Assembly: GCF_009914755.1 (NCBI RefSeq)
Contig: NC_060932.1
Length of the DNA stretch: 64,000 bases
Reading direction: 5' to 3' (one strand)
From: the human T2T-CHM13v2.0 reference genome, Homo sapiens
Program-made: the position numbers and the translations under genes
Notes under the pieces: generated by a model
What the model was told of the DNA's origin: nothing
Database searches by the model: none
Seen by the model: only the letters and a program-made list of their open reading frames with translations
Part shown: piece by piece, positions 1 through 12,434 of the stretch
How the letters are laid out: every line of letters starts with the position of its first letter
Position numbering within the stretch: the first letter of the stretch is position 1

Positions 1-3000
1 TCAACTCACCTGGCAGCCACTCCCAGAGCCCCTGGAACTCTGGCCCAAGGCTCTCTGACTGACTCCTTTCCAGATCTTCTCAGCTTAGCGGCTGAAGACT
101 GATGCTGCCCCGATCACCTCAGAAGCCCCGTAGACCATCACGGATGCCGAGCTTTAGGTAACTCTCACAGTGGAAAGTAAGTCCGTCCCCTTCTTAATCA
201 ATACGGAGGCTACCCACTCACATTACCTTCTTTTCAAGGGCCTGTTTCCCTTGCCTCCATAACTGTTGTAGGTATTAACAGCCAGGTTTCTAAAGCTCCT
301 AAAACTCCCCAACTCTGTTGCCAACTTAGACAATACTCTTTTAAGCACTCCTTTTAATTATTCCCACCTGCCCAGTTCCCTTATTAGGCCGAGACACTTT
401 AACTAAATTATCTGCTTCCCTGACTATTCCTAGATTACAGCTACATCTCATTGCCACCCTTCTTCCCAGTCCGAAGCCTCCTTTGCGTCCTCCTCTTGTA
501 TTCCCCCACCTTAACCCACAAGTATAAGACACATCTACTCCCTCCTTGGTGACCGATCATGCACCCCTTACCATCCCATTAAAACCTAATCACCCTTACC
601 CCGCTCAATGCCAGTATCCCTTCCCACAGCACGCTTTAAAAGGATTAAAGCCTGTTATCACTCACCTGCTACATCATGGGCTTCTAAAACCTATAAACTC
701 TCCTTCGAATTCCCCCATTTTACCTGTCCAAAAACCAGACAAGTCTTACAGATTAGTTCAGGATCTGCGCCTTATCAACCAAATTGTTTTGCCTATCCAC
801 ACCGTGGTGCCAAACCCATATACTCTCCTATCCTCAATACCTCCCTCCACAACCCGTTATTCTGTTCTAGATCTCAAACATGCTTTCTTTACTATTCCTT
901 TACACCCTTCATCCCAGCCTCTCTTCGCTTTCACTTGGACTGACCCTTACACCCATCAGGCTCAGCAAATTACCTGGGCTGTACTACCACAAAGCTTGAC
1001 AGACAGCCCCCATTACTTCAGTCAAGCCCAAATTTCTTCCTCATCTGTTACCTATCTTGGCGTAATTCTCATAAAAACACACGTGCTCTCCCTGCCGATC
1101 ATGTGCAGCTGATCTCTCAAACCCCAACACTTTCTACAAAACAACAACTCCTTTCCTTCCTAGGCATGGGTAGATACTTTCGCCTTTAGATACCTGGTTT
1201 TGTCATCCTAACAAAACCATTATATAAACTCACAAAAGGAAACCTAGCTGACCCCATGGATCCTAAATCCTTTCCCCACTCCTCTTTCCATTTCTTGAAG
1301 ACAGCTTTAGAGACTGCCCCCACTGTAGCTCTCCCTGACTCATCCCAACCCTTTTCATTACACACAGCCAAAGTGCAGGGCTGTGCAGTCAGAATTCTTA
1401 CACAAGGACCAGGATCCCATCCTATAGCCTTTTTGTCCAAACAACTTGACCTTACTGTTTTAAGCTGGCCATTATGTCTCTGTGCAGTGGCTGCTGCCAC
1501 CCTAATACTTTTAGAGGCCCTTAAAATCACAAACTAGGCTCAACTCACTCTCTACAGTTCTCATAATTTCCAAAATATATTTTCTTCCTCACACCTGATG
1601 CATATACTTTCTGCTCCCCAGCTCCTTTAGCTGTACTCACTCTTTGTTAATTCTCCCACATTGATCCTGGCCCGGACTTCAATCTGGCTTCCCACATTAT
1701 TCCTGATACCACACCTGAGCCTCATGACTGCATCTCTCTGATCCACCTGACATTCATCCCACTTCCCCACATTTCCTTCTTCCCTGTTTCTCACCCTGAT
1801 CACACTTAGTTTATTGATGGCAGTTCCACCAGGCCCAATTGCCACACACCAGCAAAGGCAGGTTATGCTATAGTACAAGCCACTAGCCCACCTCTTAAAA
1901 CCTCTCATTTCCTTTCCATTGTAGAAATCTATCCTCAAGGAAATAACTTCTTAGTGTTCCATCTGCTATTCTACTACTCCTCAAGGATTATTCAGGCCCC
2001 CTCCCTTCCCTACACATCAAGCTCCAGGATTTGCCCCTGCCCAGGACTGGCAAATTAGCTTTACTCAACATGCCCCGAGTCACAAAAACTAAAATACCTC
2101 TTAGTCTAAGTAGACACTTTCACTAGATAAGTAGAGGCCTTTCCTACAAGGTCTGAGAAGGCCACCGCAGTCATTTCTTCCCTTCTATCAGACATAATTC
2201 CTCAGTTCAGCCTTCCCACCTCTATACAGTCTGATAACAGACCAGCCTTTATTAGTCAAATCAGCCAAGCAGTTTTTCAGGCTCTTAGTATTCAGTGAAA
2301 CCTTTGTATCCCTTATAGTCCTCAGTCTTCAGGAAAAGTAGAACAGACTAAAGGTCTTTTAAAAACACCCCTCACCAAGCTCAGCCACCAACTTAAAAAA
2401 GAATAGACAATACTTTCACCACTTTCCCTTCTCAGAATTCAGGCCTGTCCTCAGAATGCTACAAAGTACAGCCCATTTAAGCTCCCGTATAGATGCTCCT
2501 TTTTATTAGGCCCCAGTCTCATTCCAGACACCAGACCAACTTGGAGTGTGCCCCAAAAAACTTGTCATCCCTACTGTCTTCTGTCTAGTCATACTCCTAT
2601 TCACCATTCTCAACTACTCATACATGCCCTGCTCTTGTTTACACTGCCAGTTTACACTGTTTCTCCAAGCCAGCACAGCTGATATCTCCTGGTGCTATCC
2701 CCAAACTGCCACTCTTAACTCTTAAAGTAAATAAATAATCTTTGCTGGCAAGGCTATGCTGAACCTCCTTAGGCACTCTCTAATTAGATGACCTAGGGCC
2801 TCCCAATTCTTAGTCCTTTAATACCTGTTTTTCTCCTTCTTTTATTCCGTTTAGTTTTTCAATTCATACAAAACTGTATCCAGGCCATCACCAATAATTC
2901 TACATGACAAATGTTTCTTCTAACAACCCCACAATATCACCCCTTACCACAAAATCTTCCTTCAGCTTAATCTCTCCCACTCTAGGTTCCCACACCGCCC

Positions 3001-3130
3001 CAATCCCGCTCAAAGCAGCCCTGAGAAACATCGCCCATTATCTTTCCATACCATCCCCCAAAATTTTCGCCTTCCAAACACTTTACCACTATTTTGTTTT
3101 ATTTTTCTTATTAATATAAGAAGACAGGAA
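1..3130 (+). mobile_element. HERV-H internal region (end of gag, pro, deleted pol, env remnant); continues beyond the left edge of the window
   Basis: Protease-like FLINTEATHS at 191-220; RT fragment (546-1112); RNaseH/tether fragment (1256-1537); integrase remnant LV*VDTFT at 2101-2150; purine tract aagaagacaggaa (3118-3130) directly before LTR7; C-rich, G-poor composition typical of HERV-H. Confidence 0.95.
546..1112 (+). pseudogene. pol: HERV-H pol reverse transcriptase fragment, catalytic YxDD region deleted
   Basis: ORF carries gammaretroviral RT motifs NSPILPVQKPDKSYRLVQDLR, VLDLKHAFF, FAFTW, WAVLPQ, SPHYFSQA, then jumps to QISSSSVTYLG with no YVDD. Confidence 0.88.
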
Positions 3131-3530
3131 TGTCAGGCCTCTGAGCCCAAGCTAAGCCATCATATCCCCTGTGACCTGCATGTACACATCCAGATGGCTG
3201 GTTCCTGCCTTTACTGATGACATTCCACCACAAAAGAAGTGAAAATGGCCTGTTCCTGCCTTAACTGATGACATTGTCTTGTGAAATTCCTTCTCCTGGC
3301 TCATCCTGGCTCAAAAGCTCCCCCACTGAGTACCTTGTGACCCTGACTCCTGCTCGCCAGAGAACAACCCCCCTTTTTCCTTTACCTACCCAAATCCTAT
3401 AAAACGGCCCCACCCTTATCTCCCTTCGCTGACTCTTTTCGGACTCAGCCCGCCTGCACCCAAGTGATTAAAAGCTTTATTGCTCACACAAAGCCTGTTT
3501 AGTAGTCTCTTCACACGGACGCTCATGAAA
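3131..3530 (+). mobile_element. LTR7, 3' LTR of the HERV-H provirus (LTR7up-like)
   Basis: Begins tgtcaggcctctgagcccaagc and ends cacacggacgctcatgaaa; duplicated cctgcctt(a/t)actgatgacatt blocks; TATA-like cctataaaa near 3396; polyA-like attaaa near 3467. Confidence 0.95.
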
Positions 3531-3822
3531 GTTATGTTGTGTAAGTGCTCAGTTGCCTTTCTCTTGGTTCTCTTGGCAGTGATATCCTTATTTTCCTATA
3601 AAGAACTATCCCCTTCCCAAACCTCAGTTTCTGTCTTTGGTACCCATGGTGGGGATATGACTTAGGCCTGGCCAGTCAGAACATTAGATGCACCTGCCTC
3701 AGTCATCAGTCTAGAAATAATTATGTGACCTATACAGAGTCAATCAGTCAGACAATCAATGCTGGGATTGATGAGAGAGAGGCTACATCTCTCTCATTTA
3801 CATATACATATTCCATGGTGTA

Positions 3823-4213
3823 TAAGTAAACGATGTACATATTCACCATGGAATACTACGTGGTCATAAAAAAGAATGAGATTGTGTCCTTTGCAGAAAC
3901 AGGGATGCAGATCGAGGCCATAATCCTAAGGAAACTAACACAGGAAGAAAAAAAACAAATAGTGAATATTCTCACATGGGAGCTAAACGTTGACTACACA
4001 TGGACACAAAGATAGGAACCACAGACACTGGGGACTGCTTGAGCAGGGAGGGTGGGAGGGGAGCATGGGTTGGAAGGCTACCTATTAAATACTATGCTCA
4101 CCACCTGGGTGATGAAATCATTCATACACCAAGCCTCAGCAGCACACAATTTACCCATGTAACAAACTTTCACATGTACCTCCTCAACCAAAAATGAATG
4201 TAGAATAAAAAAA
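3823..4213 (+). mobile_element. Old L1 3' end fragment (L1PA16/17-like)
   Basis: ORF2 C-terminal remnant MEYY..IKKNEI.SFA.T.M..EAIIL.KLTQE followed by L1 3'UTR and an A-rich tail. Confidence 0.85.
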
Positions 4214-4749
4214 GTTTCTCCATTTATAAAATACAGACAAGTGAATCTACTTCTTCTAGATTATAACAAGAAGCAAATGATATAATGTATGTGAACATAC
4301 ATAGTAAACCCTAACACCACTGCATAGATGAAAGTGATTGAAATGGTGATAATTTCTCTAGTCCAGATTTTTCCAAGGCCCTAAAGGTGGCTCTTCACAT
4401 CCCCAAATTAGTCCCCGTGTGCCCTTTAGGCAGCAAAGGACACAATACAAGATGTGGGATGTGGCTCCAGACCAGGCAGCCTAGTCTCAGAGAGAGTCTC
4501 CACTGCTGCCTGTGCCAGCTCAGCAAATCAGCTCCAGGACTTGGCCCAGATTCCAAGATTCTTGCCTCTCAGCCCTCATTGGAGCTTCATGCACACTCAG
4601 ACTTTGGTCCTGTGACTGCTGCAGCTGCTCCCCAAAGAACATCTTAAAATACAGTCTAGGCTAAGCAGGGGGGCAGCTTTGCATCTGCTTTCTGCCTCAA
4701 CTAAGGGTCAAGGACAGTTAAATTTGAAAAGACCTTAGATTCTCTGATC

Positions 4750-5295
4750 TTGCCCAAACCTCAGCGTGCCCTTTCTCAGCAGTTATTCAGTTACTGAAGC
4801 TGAAAATCTGACATTCCTGTCTCTTTCCTTACCTGTCTACCTCTTGCCCATTGGCAAATTCTGTTGGCATTACCTACAAATTGCCTCTTAATACAATTGC
4901 TTATTTCAGACTCATTGTTGTCCCCTACCACCAGCCAAGTTATCATCTTGCTTGGGTTGTTGCAATGCCTCTTAACTAGCCTCTGTGTTTGTAGTTTGTA
5001 TTCTGTTCTCCAAAAGAAGCTAGAGAGTAGTCTTAAAACAAAATCAGCTCAGAGCTGCCTTCTGCGTAGAACACTGCAATAACATTCTATTGTAATTAGA
5101 TTGAAGTCCACAACATTTGCTATGGTGGCCCCTGCCTCCCTCTCTGGTATCCCTCTATTTCCCTACCGTCTAACTACATTGGTCTCCTTTCTGGTCCTCA
5201 AACAGACCAAGCTTGTAACAACCTCATGCCTTTATACTCTACACTTTTCATTGCTCCAGCTTTCATAGGATGGGCACTCAGTGAGTGTTCATTAT
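4750..5295 (+). mobile_element. L2 fragment
   Basis: Degenerate L2 3' motifs (ttgcaatgcctcttaactagcctct, ggtcctcaaacagaccaagc) ending in ggcactcagtgagtgtt; boundaries approximate. Confidence 0.55.
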
Positions 5296-5369
5296 GGATG
5301 GATGGGTGGATGGTTGGATGGTTGGATGGATGGATGGATGGATGGATGGATGGATGGGTGTGTGGATGA
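5294..5369 (+). repeat. (TGGA)n microsatellite
   Basis: Tandem tgga units, probably grown from the L2 tail. Confidence 0.9.
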
Positions 5370-5506
5370 ACAGACAGAAAATAAAGTGGCTCCTATAACC
5401 TCTAAGATTTTCTTTTCAGAAATACCACTTTCTGTGGATGGGGAGTTTTTAGGAAATTGGATCAATAAAGTCAAGGGAAGTCAGAGGATTGAGAAATCCT
5501 ATTTTT

Positions 5507-5801
5507 TAAATTAATTTATTATTTTTTATAATTCTTTTATTTGTTTTATGTTCCAGGGTACATGTGCAGAATATGCAGGTTTGTTACATAGGGAAACGTG
5601 TGCCACTGGTGGTTTGCTGCACTTATCAACCCATCACCTAAGTATTAAGCCCAACATGCATTAGCTCTTTTCCCTAATGCTCTCCCCCGCACCCTCCTCT
5701 GACAGGCCCCAGTAAGTGTTGTTCCCCTCCCTGTGTCCACGTGTTCTCATTGTTCAGCTCCCACTTATAAGTGAGAACATGCAGTGTTTGGTTTTCTGTT
5801 C
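5507..5801 (-). mobile_element. 5'-truncated L1PA 3'UTR (about L1PA8-L1PA13)
   Basis: Antisense L1 3' end (gggtacatgtgcag...ccacttataagtgagaacatg); TSD gagaaatcc(t/a)attttt at 5491-5506 and 5802-5817. Confidence 0.88.
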
Positions 5802-6929
5802 GAGAAATCCAATTTTTAATAATGCTGAGAATGAGAGTCTAGATGTCAGGCAGCCCCTCAACTAGGCCTGGTAGTTTGGGGGAAAATACTGAGATCTTCC
5901 AAAGGAAAAATCAGAGACTATTCGAAAGAATGTTAAAGTTTAGGTAGGTCGAGATGGACTCAGGGACACAGATGCTGTCCCCAAACAGCACTTCTATTCC
6001 CCCTTAATAAACTATTAGGCTGCAACCTTGACAATGACAAGAGCTTCAGCACTTCTAAGAAGCCACTTCTTACTTCCCAATAAAACAAGTAGAAAATGCT
6101 GATCTCATTCTCATTGTCAGTTGCAGAAAGCAGCTCAAAATGAAGAATTATCTTGAGTTTGAGCTTCTACACTTTATTATTTCTTTCTCTTTTCTTAAGT
6201 CTAACTTATTTTAAGTTGGAACATTTAACTGCCTTCTAGAAAAACCTTGGCTTAGGTCATAGACCACAGAGAGTAGTCCAGGATCACTAATACGGGCTCA
6301 GTAATTACTGGCTTCTGATAAATCTAGCAAAGATTTCACAAGCTCTCCCCACCCCTACCTAGCCTCTCACTATCTCTCCCCAAGTCCCAGAGAAGCTAGG
6401 AGAAGTTGCTAGATCTTCAGGATTGGATATTAAAGGAGTCCTTCAAATGGCAAAGCACCAGAGTTCTAAATTACCAAGTTAACTTCCTTTTTTCCCTTTG
6501 GAGATGGATGTTCACCTTTAACTCCCTAGAGTGGAATGAAATACTAAGTCCAAGGGCAGATAGAGTGGGCTTTGAATTCTAACTCCACCCCTGTCTAGCT
6601 GAGTGGGCTTGAAAGAGTTAATTTCCTTCCCAGGGATCATTTGTGAGAGAATGATAATGGTAGGACATAAAGGAAGAAATAGGAGAAACCACTTGTAAAG
6701 GCACTCAACATAGTCCCTGGCACATAGCATGTACTTTATTAATGTGCCTTCCTTCACCTCCAGTCCCAGTATCAAGTCCTCCTTTCAAAACCCAAGCATA
6801 AGCCCACCAGATACGTGGTCAGGTATAATAGAACAGCTCTTCCATTCCTAAGACATCCTTACTATCATTGTGGTTGGGACTTACTGTCATTTCTTATCTA
6901 TGGATATTAATTAGTAACGTGAGAACCAT

Positions 6930-7150
6930 ATAGTTCAGAAACCAGACTGCTTGGATTCTAGGTTCATTTTGGCATTTATTTGCTATATAACCTGTGACAA
7001 GTTACATAACCTCTCTGTACCTCAGTCAGCCCATCAGTAATAATGATACAACCATCGACATACAATTATTGTGAGGAACCCAATGAGTTATGTGCAAGAG
7101 GCTTAGAATGGTGCCCAGAACGTAGTAAGACCCATACATGAGTGAGTTAA
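6930..7150 (+). mobile_element. MIR SINE
   Basis: MIR core caagttacataacctctctgtacctcagt...gtgcaagaggcttagaatggtgcc; boundaries approximate. Confidence 0.7.
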
Positions 7151-7444
7151 GATATGGGACACCTTTGCTCCATGAAAGTCTGCTTTGCTGAAATGCTCTC
7201 CCCTGTTCGTGTTTTCTGTCTTTTACTGAGAAGGTAACTATCCTTCCACAGCCCAGGGATATCAGTACACACTTGGGGTGAGGTAAGTTCTCCCCAGGGG
7301 TGGGGTTTAATGATGCAAAAGACATCTCTAGAATTGAAAGTCAACCCTTCAAAAGATAGAAGAAGGAATGCCTTGGGCTTTCTTGAACGTCGATTTCAAG
7401 GCTTCCAGAAGTCTCAGCTGTGCTCATAGATTCTGTGCTTAGCT

Positions 7445-7674
7445 CAAGCTTGTCCAGCTCCCAGCCCACAGGCTGCATGCAGCCCAGGATGGCTTTGAAT
7501 GCAGCCCAACACAAATTCTTAAACTTTCTTAAAACATTGTGAGGTCTGTGTGTGTGTGTGTGTTGTTTTTTTGTTTTTGCTCATCAGCTATTGTTAGTGT
7601 ATTTTATGTGTGGCCCAAGGCAACTCTTCTTCTTCCAAACTGGTTCAGGGAGGTCAAAAGATTGGACACCCCTG
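7445..7674 (-). mobile_element. MER30 (hAT-Charlie non-autonomous DNA transposon)
   Basis: Termini caagcttgtcc and ggacacccctg; perfect 8-bp TSD gcttagct at 7437-7444 and 7675-7682. Confidence 0.9.
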
Positions 7675-8174
7675 GCTTAGCTGGTACCTGCCACAAAAAA
7701 TAGATGTGGGGCAAGAAGGAGTTGGGGCCTCCAAATCTCAGAGAGCATGCCACATTTTGTAATTCAGGTTACCTAGCTTTGTGCTGATCTATGCTCATAT
7801 CGCTCTCATTATTTTTAAGTTAGTCATAGTAAGTGGATTTTGTCTTCTATGCAAATTTTACTCTGCAGTAAAAGCTGCTTTATTAGCAGAAGACTGAGAA
7901 GCCTGAGGCAGCATCTGGATTCACCAGAAAATGTGGCCATGATTGATGAGCTTCATCTGCCACATATTAAAGATTGGAGAGTGGAGACACGTGGGCCCAC
8001 AGGCCTTGTACTCCCTTGATCTGTCCATTCCTGTTTCAGTTCTGACTTGACTCAGATGCCTCATCAGAAGCAAAGGAGTAGCCAGACATAAATAACCCAC
8101 AGGACCCAACAAAACGATAGGGACCTGTCTCCATAAAATAATGGTCTTATCTTACCATGCTTTTCAAATTAATC

Positions 8175-8226
8175 TTCTCAAAATATTTATGATGTATAAA
8201 TTCTCAAAATATTTATGATGTATAAA
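8175..8226. repeat. Perfect 26-bp tandem duplication
   Basis: ttctcaaaatatttatgatgtataaa x2. Confidence 0.92.
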
Positions 8227-8328
8227 GTCACTAGATATATTGAGTCATTGACGGCTTTTCTCCACCTCAGCTTCCACATGTACCTTGTATTCCATGATCT
8301 GCACCATTCAAACAAAAATACATGGGGA

Positions 8329-8679
<351 letters not shown>

Positions 8680-8739
8680 TTAGCTTCTAAGATTTAAGGA
8701 GCCACAGTGTAAGACTGAAACAAAAAGATAGAGAGCTCA

Positions 8740-8960
8740 TTAAGAGCACACACTTTGCAGTTAGACTGCCTGACTTCCAATGCTGCCTCCACCCCTCACC
8801 TGGCACATAGGCAGGTTACTTAACCTCTCTGTACCTCAATCTTCTCATATGTCGGATGTGTAATAATAAGAGTACTTCCCTCAGAAGGATCATACAAAAC
8901 ATGTAAAACACTTGGAATAGTGCCTAGTACACAGTAAGTATACCATGAATGTTGTCTGCT
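8740..8960 (+). mobile_element. MIR SINE
   Basis: ggttacttaacctctctgtacctcaatcttctcat...aaaacacttggaatagtgcctagtacacagtaag. Confidence 0.75.
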
Positions 8961-8989
8961 GTGATGGTGGGAAAGAACACTGCACAAAA

Positions 8990-9327
8990 CAGGGGACCTT
9001 GACCCTCAAGTCATGGACTGGCACCAGTCCATGGCCCTTAGGAACCTGGCCGCATAGCAGGAGGTGAGTAGAAGGCAAGCTAGCATTACGGCCTAAGCTC
9101 AACCACCTGTCAGATCAATAGCAACACTAGATTTTCACAGGAGTGCAAATCCTATTGTGAACTGCACATGCGAGAGATCTAGGTTGCATGCTCCTTGTCA
9201 GAATATAACTAATGCCTGATGATCTGAGCTGGACTAGTTTCATCCCAAAACCATCCCCCAAACTGTCCGTGGAAAAACTGTCTTTCACAAAACCCATCTC
9301 TGGTGCCAAAAAGGTTGGGGACCGCTG
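8990..9327 (+). mobile_element. MER1B (hAT-Charlie)
   Basis: caggggacc...ggtgccaaaaaggttggggaccgctg; about 340 bp with the internal MER1 core gatctaggttgcatgctcctt. Confidence 0.88.
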
Positions 9328-10793
9328 AGATAAAAGGGTTTTTTTTTGTTTTGTTTTGTTTGTTTGTTTGTTTGTACTGTCATGACTTTGTTAAAAAAAA
9401 AAAGACTGAAAAAGAACAAAAGTATTAGAAAGGTTGTAACAGAGTTTGATGCTGGCGGAATCTTTAAGAACAGCTCCATCACCCTGTCTCCCTCCTACCT
9501 CTCAAGTGAGCACCACCATCCCACATCTGGAGTTAGCACCAAGAATGTATAAGGGGATCTACAATAGACACAGAAATAGAAAACAGGGGAAAGGTATCAG
9601 AGACACTTTTGCTCCCTTCCAGGCACTGTGTTCACTCCCCAAGTGAGCACCCCAGAAACAAAGTGCATCCCCAAAGTGAACTCCTCACTGAGCCAGAGTG
9701 GGGAAGGAGTAGGCTGGGAAAGGGCCTGAGAGACCCCCCACTGGTTTCCTGTAGCCCCTGAGAAGTGGAGGGAGCATCCAGTCCTAATCTTGCCCAGGAG
9801 TCCAAGAAGGGCACAGTGAGGAGGGAGGAGAGAGCCCTCTGACCTGAACATGCCTCACACTAAAGGCAAAGAAAATAAAGTTGGCCATAATCAGGCTGTT
9901 GGCAACTCCACAAAGTTGTTTTGTGTGTGAGTTGTGGGTCTCTGGGAGGTTGGGGGTTTGAATGAGGGTTGGGGGAGTTTGGAGAATTGAGAGATTTAGA
10001 GTGTTTGAGGGAGACTGGGGGGAGGTTGGAGTTTGAGGGGCTGTTCTGTTTGCTTTCGTTTGCTGTAGTTCAATGCCTAGTTTGGAAAGCATTGAGTTTA
10101 GGCATAAGAGATATCAAGGTGGTAACGCCTGTTGCTGGTGGAACTGTGCTTCTCTATATTTTTCTTCTTGCTGCTCAACAGCTGCTTCATTCAGGCTCGC
10201 CCACCCCTTTGTGCACAGCCTTCCTTCTTCATGGGCTAGTTTCTCAAAGGCAAAAACCTTGTTCGTTTCTGGGATCCAGAGACTATGTGTCCATTTGGTC
10301 ACTCAGAAGGCAGCCAGGCAGAAAGAAATCTCACTGTGAATGGACTGGTCCAGAGCCTCACTTTGTGACTACTCACCTCCCACTGCTCCACTTGGGAGTC
10401 AGGACACAGCAGCTACAGAAAAGTAAGCATGGTGCTAACTATGGTGTTCTCACCTCCAGCTGCATGCTCCTGAGCATGTCAGGCCACTGTGCTGACCCCA
10501 GTTCCTTTACCTGTGATACGTGAATATTAGTGAACATTAGTGAACATCAGATTACATGAGAGCAAATCTTCTCGAGAGCTCTAATAGTCCGTGATGTACT
10601 GGTTCATCCATTCAACTTACCACTCTGCTTTCCTCTTGCTGCTTCCTTTTCTCTTCCCCCTTTGACTCCTGCTCTTCCACGCAGCTGGGACTGGCAGTGA
10701 TTCATGGCCCATCCCAGACAAAGCATTTTTCCAAACTGGACTTAGGAGAGGAGCTCCTGCTGGCTGCCCATGTCCCCTGTTGTCCATGGTGCC

Positions 10794-10855
10794 AATCATC
10801 ACCATCACCATCATCATCATCATCATCATCATCATCAGTAGCAGCACCAGCAGCA
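10794..10855. repeat. (CAT)n/(CAC)/(CAG) trinucleotide repeat
   Basis: Run of cat units flanked by cac and cag variants. Confidence 0.9.
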
Positions 10856-11127
10856 TTTGCAGAAGTACACTTTTAGAATGAGCCCTGGGCAGAGGAATAG
10901 GATTGCATAATTGCTGCGTTTTAATGAAGAAGAGAAGGGGAAGGAAGCAAAGGAGATGTTGGCACTGATGCATAGTTTTAATGAATTGTTGAAGTAAGAA
11001 TTAGCCAGGCTAATTTCTCATTTGCCACAGAAATATATGCAGGAGCACTGATACTCAAAAAAGATGCATTACTTTGAATGAATCAAATGGTTGGTTAAGT
11101 TAGAAGGCTGGTCAATTCAGTTAACAG

Positions 11128-11171
11128 GTGTGTGTGTGTATGTGTGTGTGAGAGAGAGAGAGAGTGAGAGA
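11128..11171. repeat. (TG)n(AG)n compound microsatellite
   Basis: Seen directly in the sequence. Confidence 0.9.
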
Positions 11172-12087
11172 ATCTAACTCATTTTTCTACAAATAGCTGA
11201 TTTTTTTCTTCATTGACCAAATAAACAAATAATATACACAACCTTTAAAATTCTGTTCAAATGTTATTGACACCCCTGTTCAACAAGCTACCAGTGATGT
11301 CTTCCCCAAGAAAACTCCCATAATATTGTCTAAGTACCTTTCTCCTCATTTATTATTTCACTCTTGGAATAGAGGCATTTATAACATGGTTTAGCTCCCT
11401 TATTGCCCTACAAGCTCCTGGAGGTCAGGGTCCATGCCCAGTTCATGTCTGTCCCCTCCACGGAGACATGGCATAATGCCAAGAACATGGTAAACACAGC
11501 ATGCATGTTTTTGAATGAATGAGTGAGTGGATGGGAAGCACAATGTGTATTCCTTTAGAAAATTGTTGAGTGCCTATTTAACTATTCATTTGTTCAACTA
11601 GTAGATACTGAAAACTTATCATGCACCAGCTATTGCTCCAGGGACTAGTAATACAAGAAATAAATAAAAGAGAGAAGACTCCTGCCCAATAGGACTTACA
11701 TTCTGGTCAACTGTAATTTTTCTTTAATGTCAAAATCTCAAAATGAAAAGTCAGTATGTTGCTTAGAAGACAGAGCATATAACATGTGGCATCAGTTTAT
11801 GACTCCAGCAAATGCAACAGCTGTCTTCGACCTTCTTAAGAAAAGCAAAGCTTGTCCAAACTGGTTTCATAGCCTGTCAGTTTTGTGAATGAGCCACTCA
11901 CTTCCAATTCCATTCAACTAACAATGTTCACCATCAACTAGGTGCAGATTCTTAAGCTTGGATGGCAATGAAGGTGGCTACTAAAGAGCAATTCTGTGGC
12001 AGGCAATTTCCATGCAGTCCTTTATTTCATCCTCATGCCAGCCATGAGCAAAGCAGGAGACTGAGTCTCAGATAAATTGCATAACTT

Positions 12088-12434
12088 GGCCAGGCACAGT
12101 GGCTCAAGCCTGTAATCTGAGCACTTTGGGAGGCCGAAGTAGGCAGATCACCAGACCTCAGGAGTTAGAGACCAGCCTGGCCAACATGGTGAAACGCTAT
12201 CTCTACTAAAACTACAAAAATTAGCCAGGTTTGGTGGCATGCACCTACAATCCCAGCTACTCAGGGAGGCTGAAGCAGGAGAATCGCTTGAACTCAGGAG
12301 GCGGAGGTTGCTGTGAGCCAAAGTCATGTCACTGCACTCCAGCCTGGGTGACAGAGCGAGATTCTGTCTCACAAAAGAATAAAATAAAATAAAATAAAAT
12401 AAAATAAAATAAAATAAAATAAAATAAAATAAAA
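12088..12434 (+). mobile_element. Alu (AluS) with (AAAAT)n tail, inserted in a MIR
   Basis: Complete Alu; TSD taaatt(g/a)cataactt at 12073-12087 and 12435-12449. Confidence 0.95.

Noticed and set aside
9969-10523. 184-aa ORF and overlapping short ORFs
   Set aside because: Non-ATG start in a G-rich low-complexity stretch, no recognisable domain and no convincing exon structure; treated as chance ORFs.
10617-10973. ORF with a poly-Met run
   Set aside because: It is the translation of the (CAT)n microsatellite.
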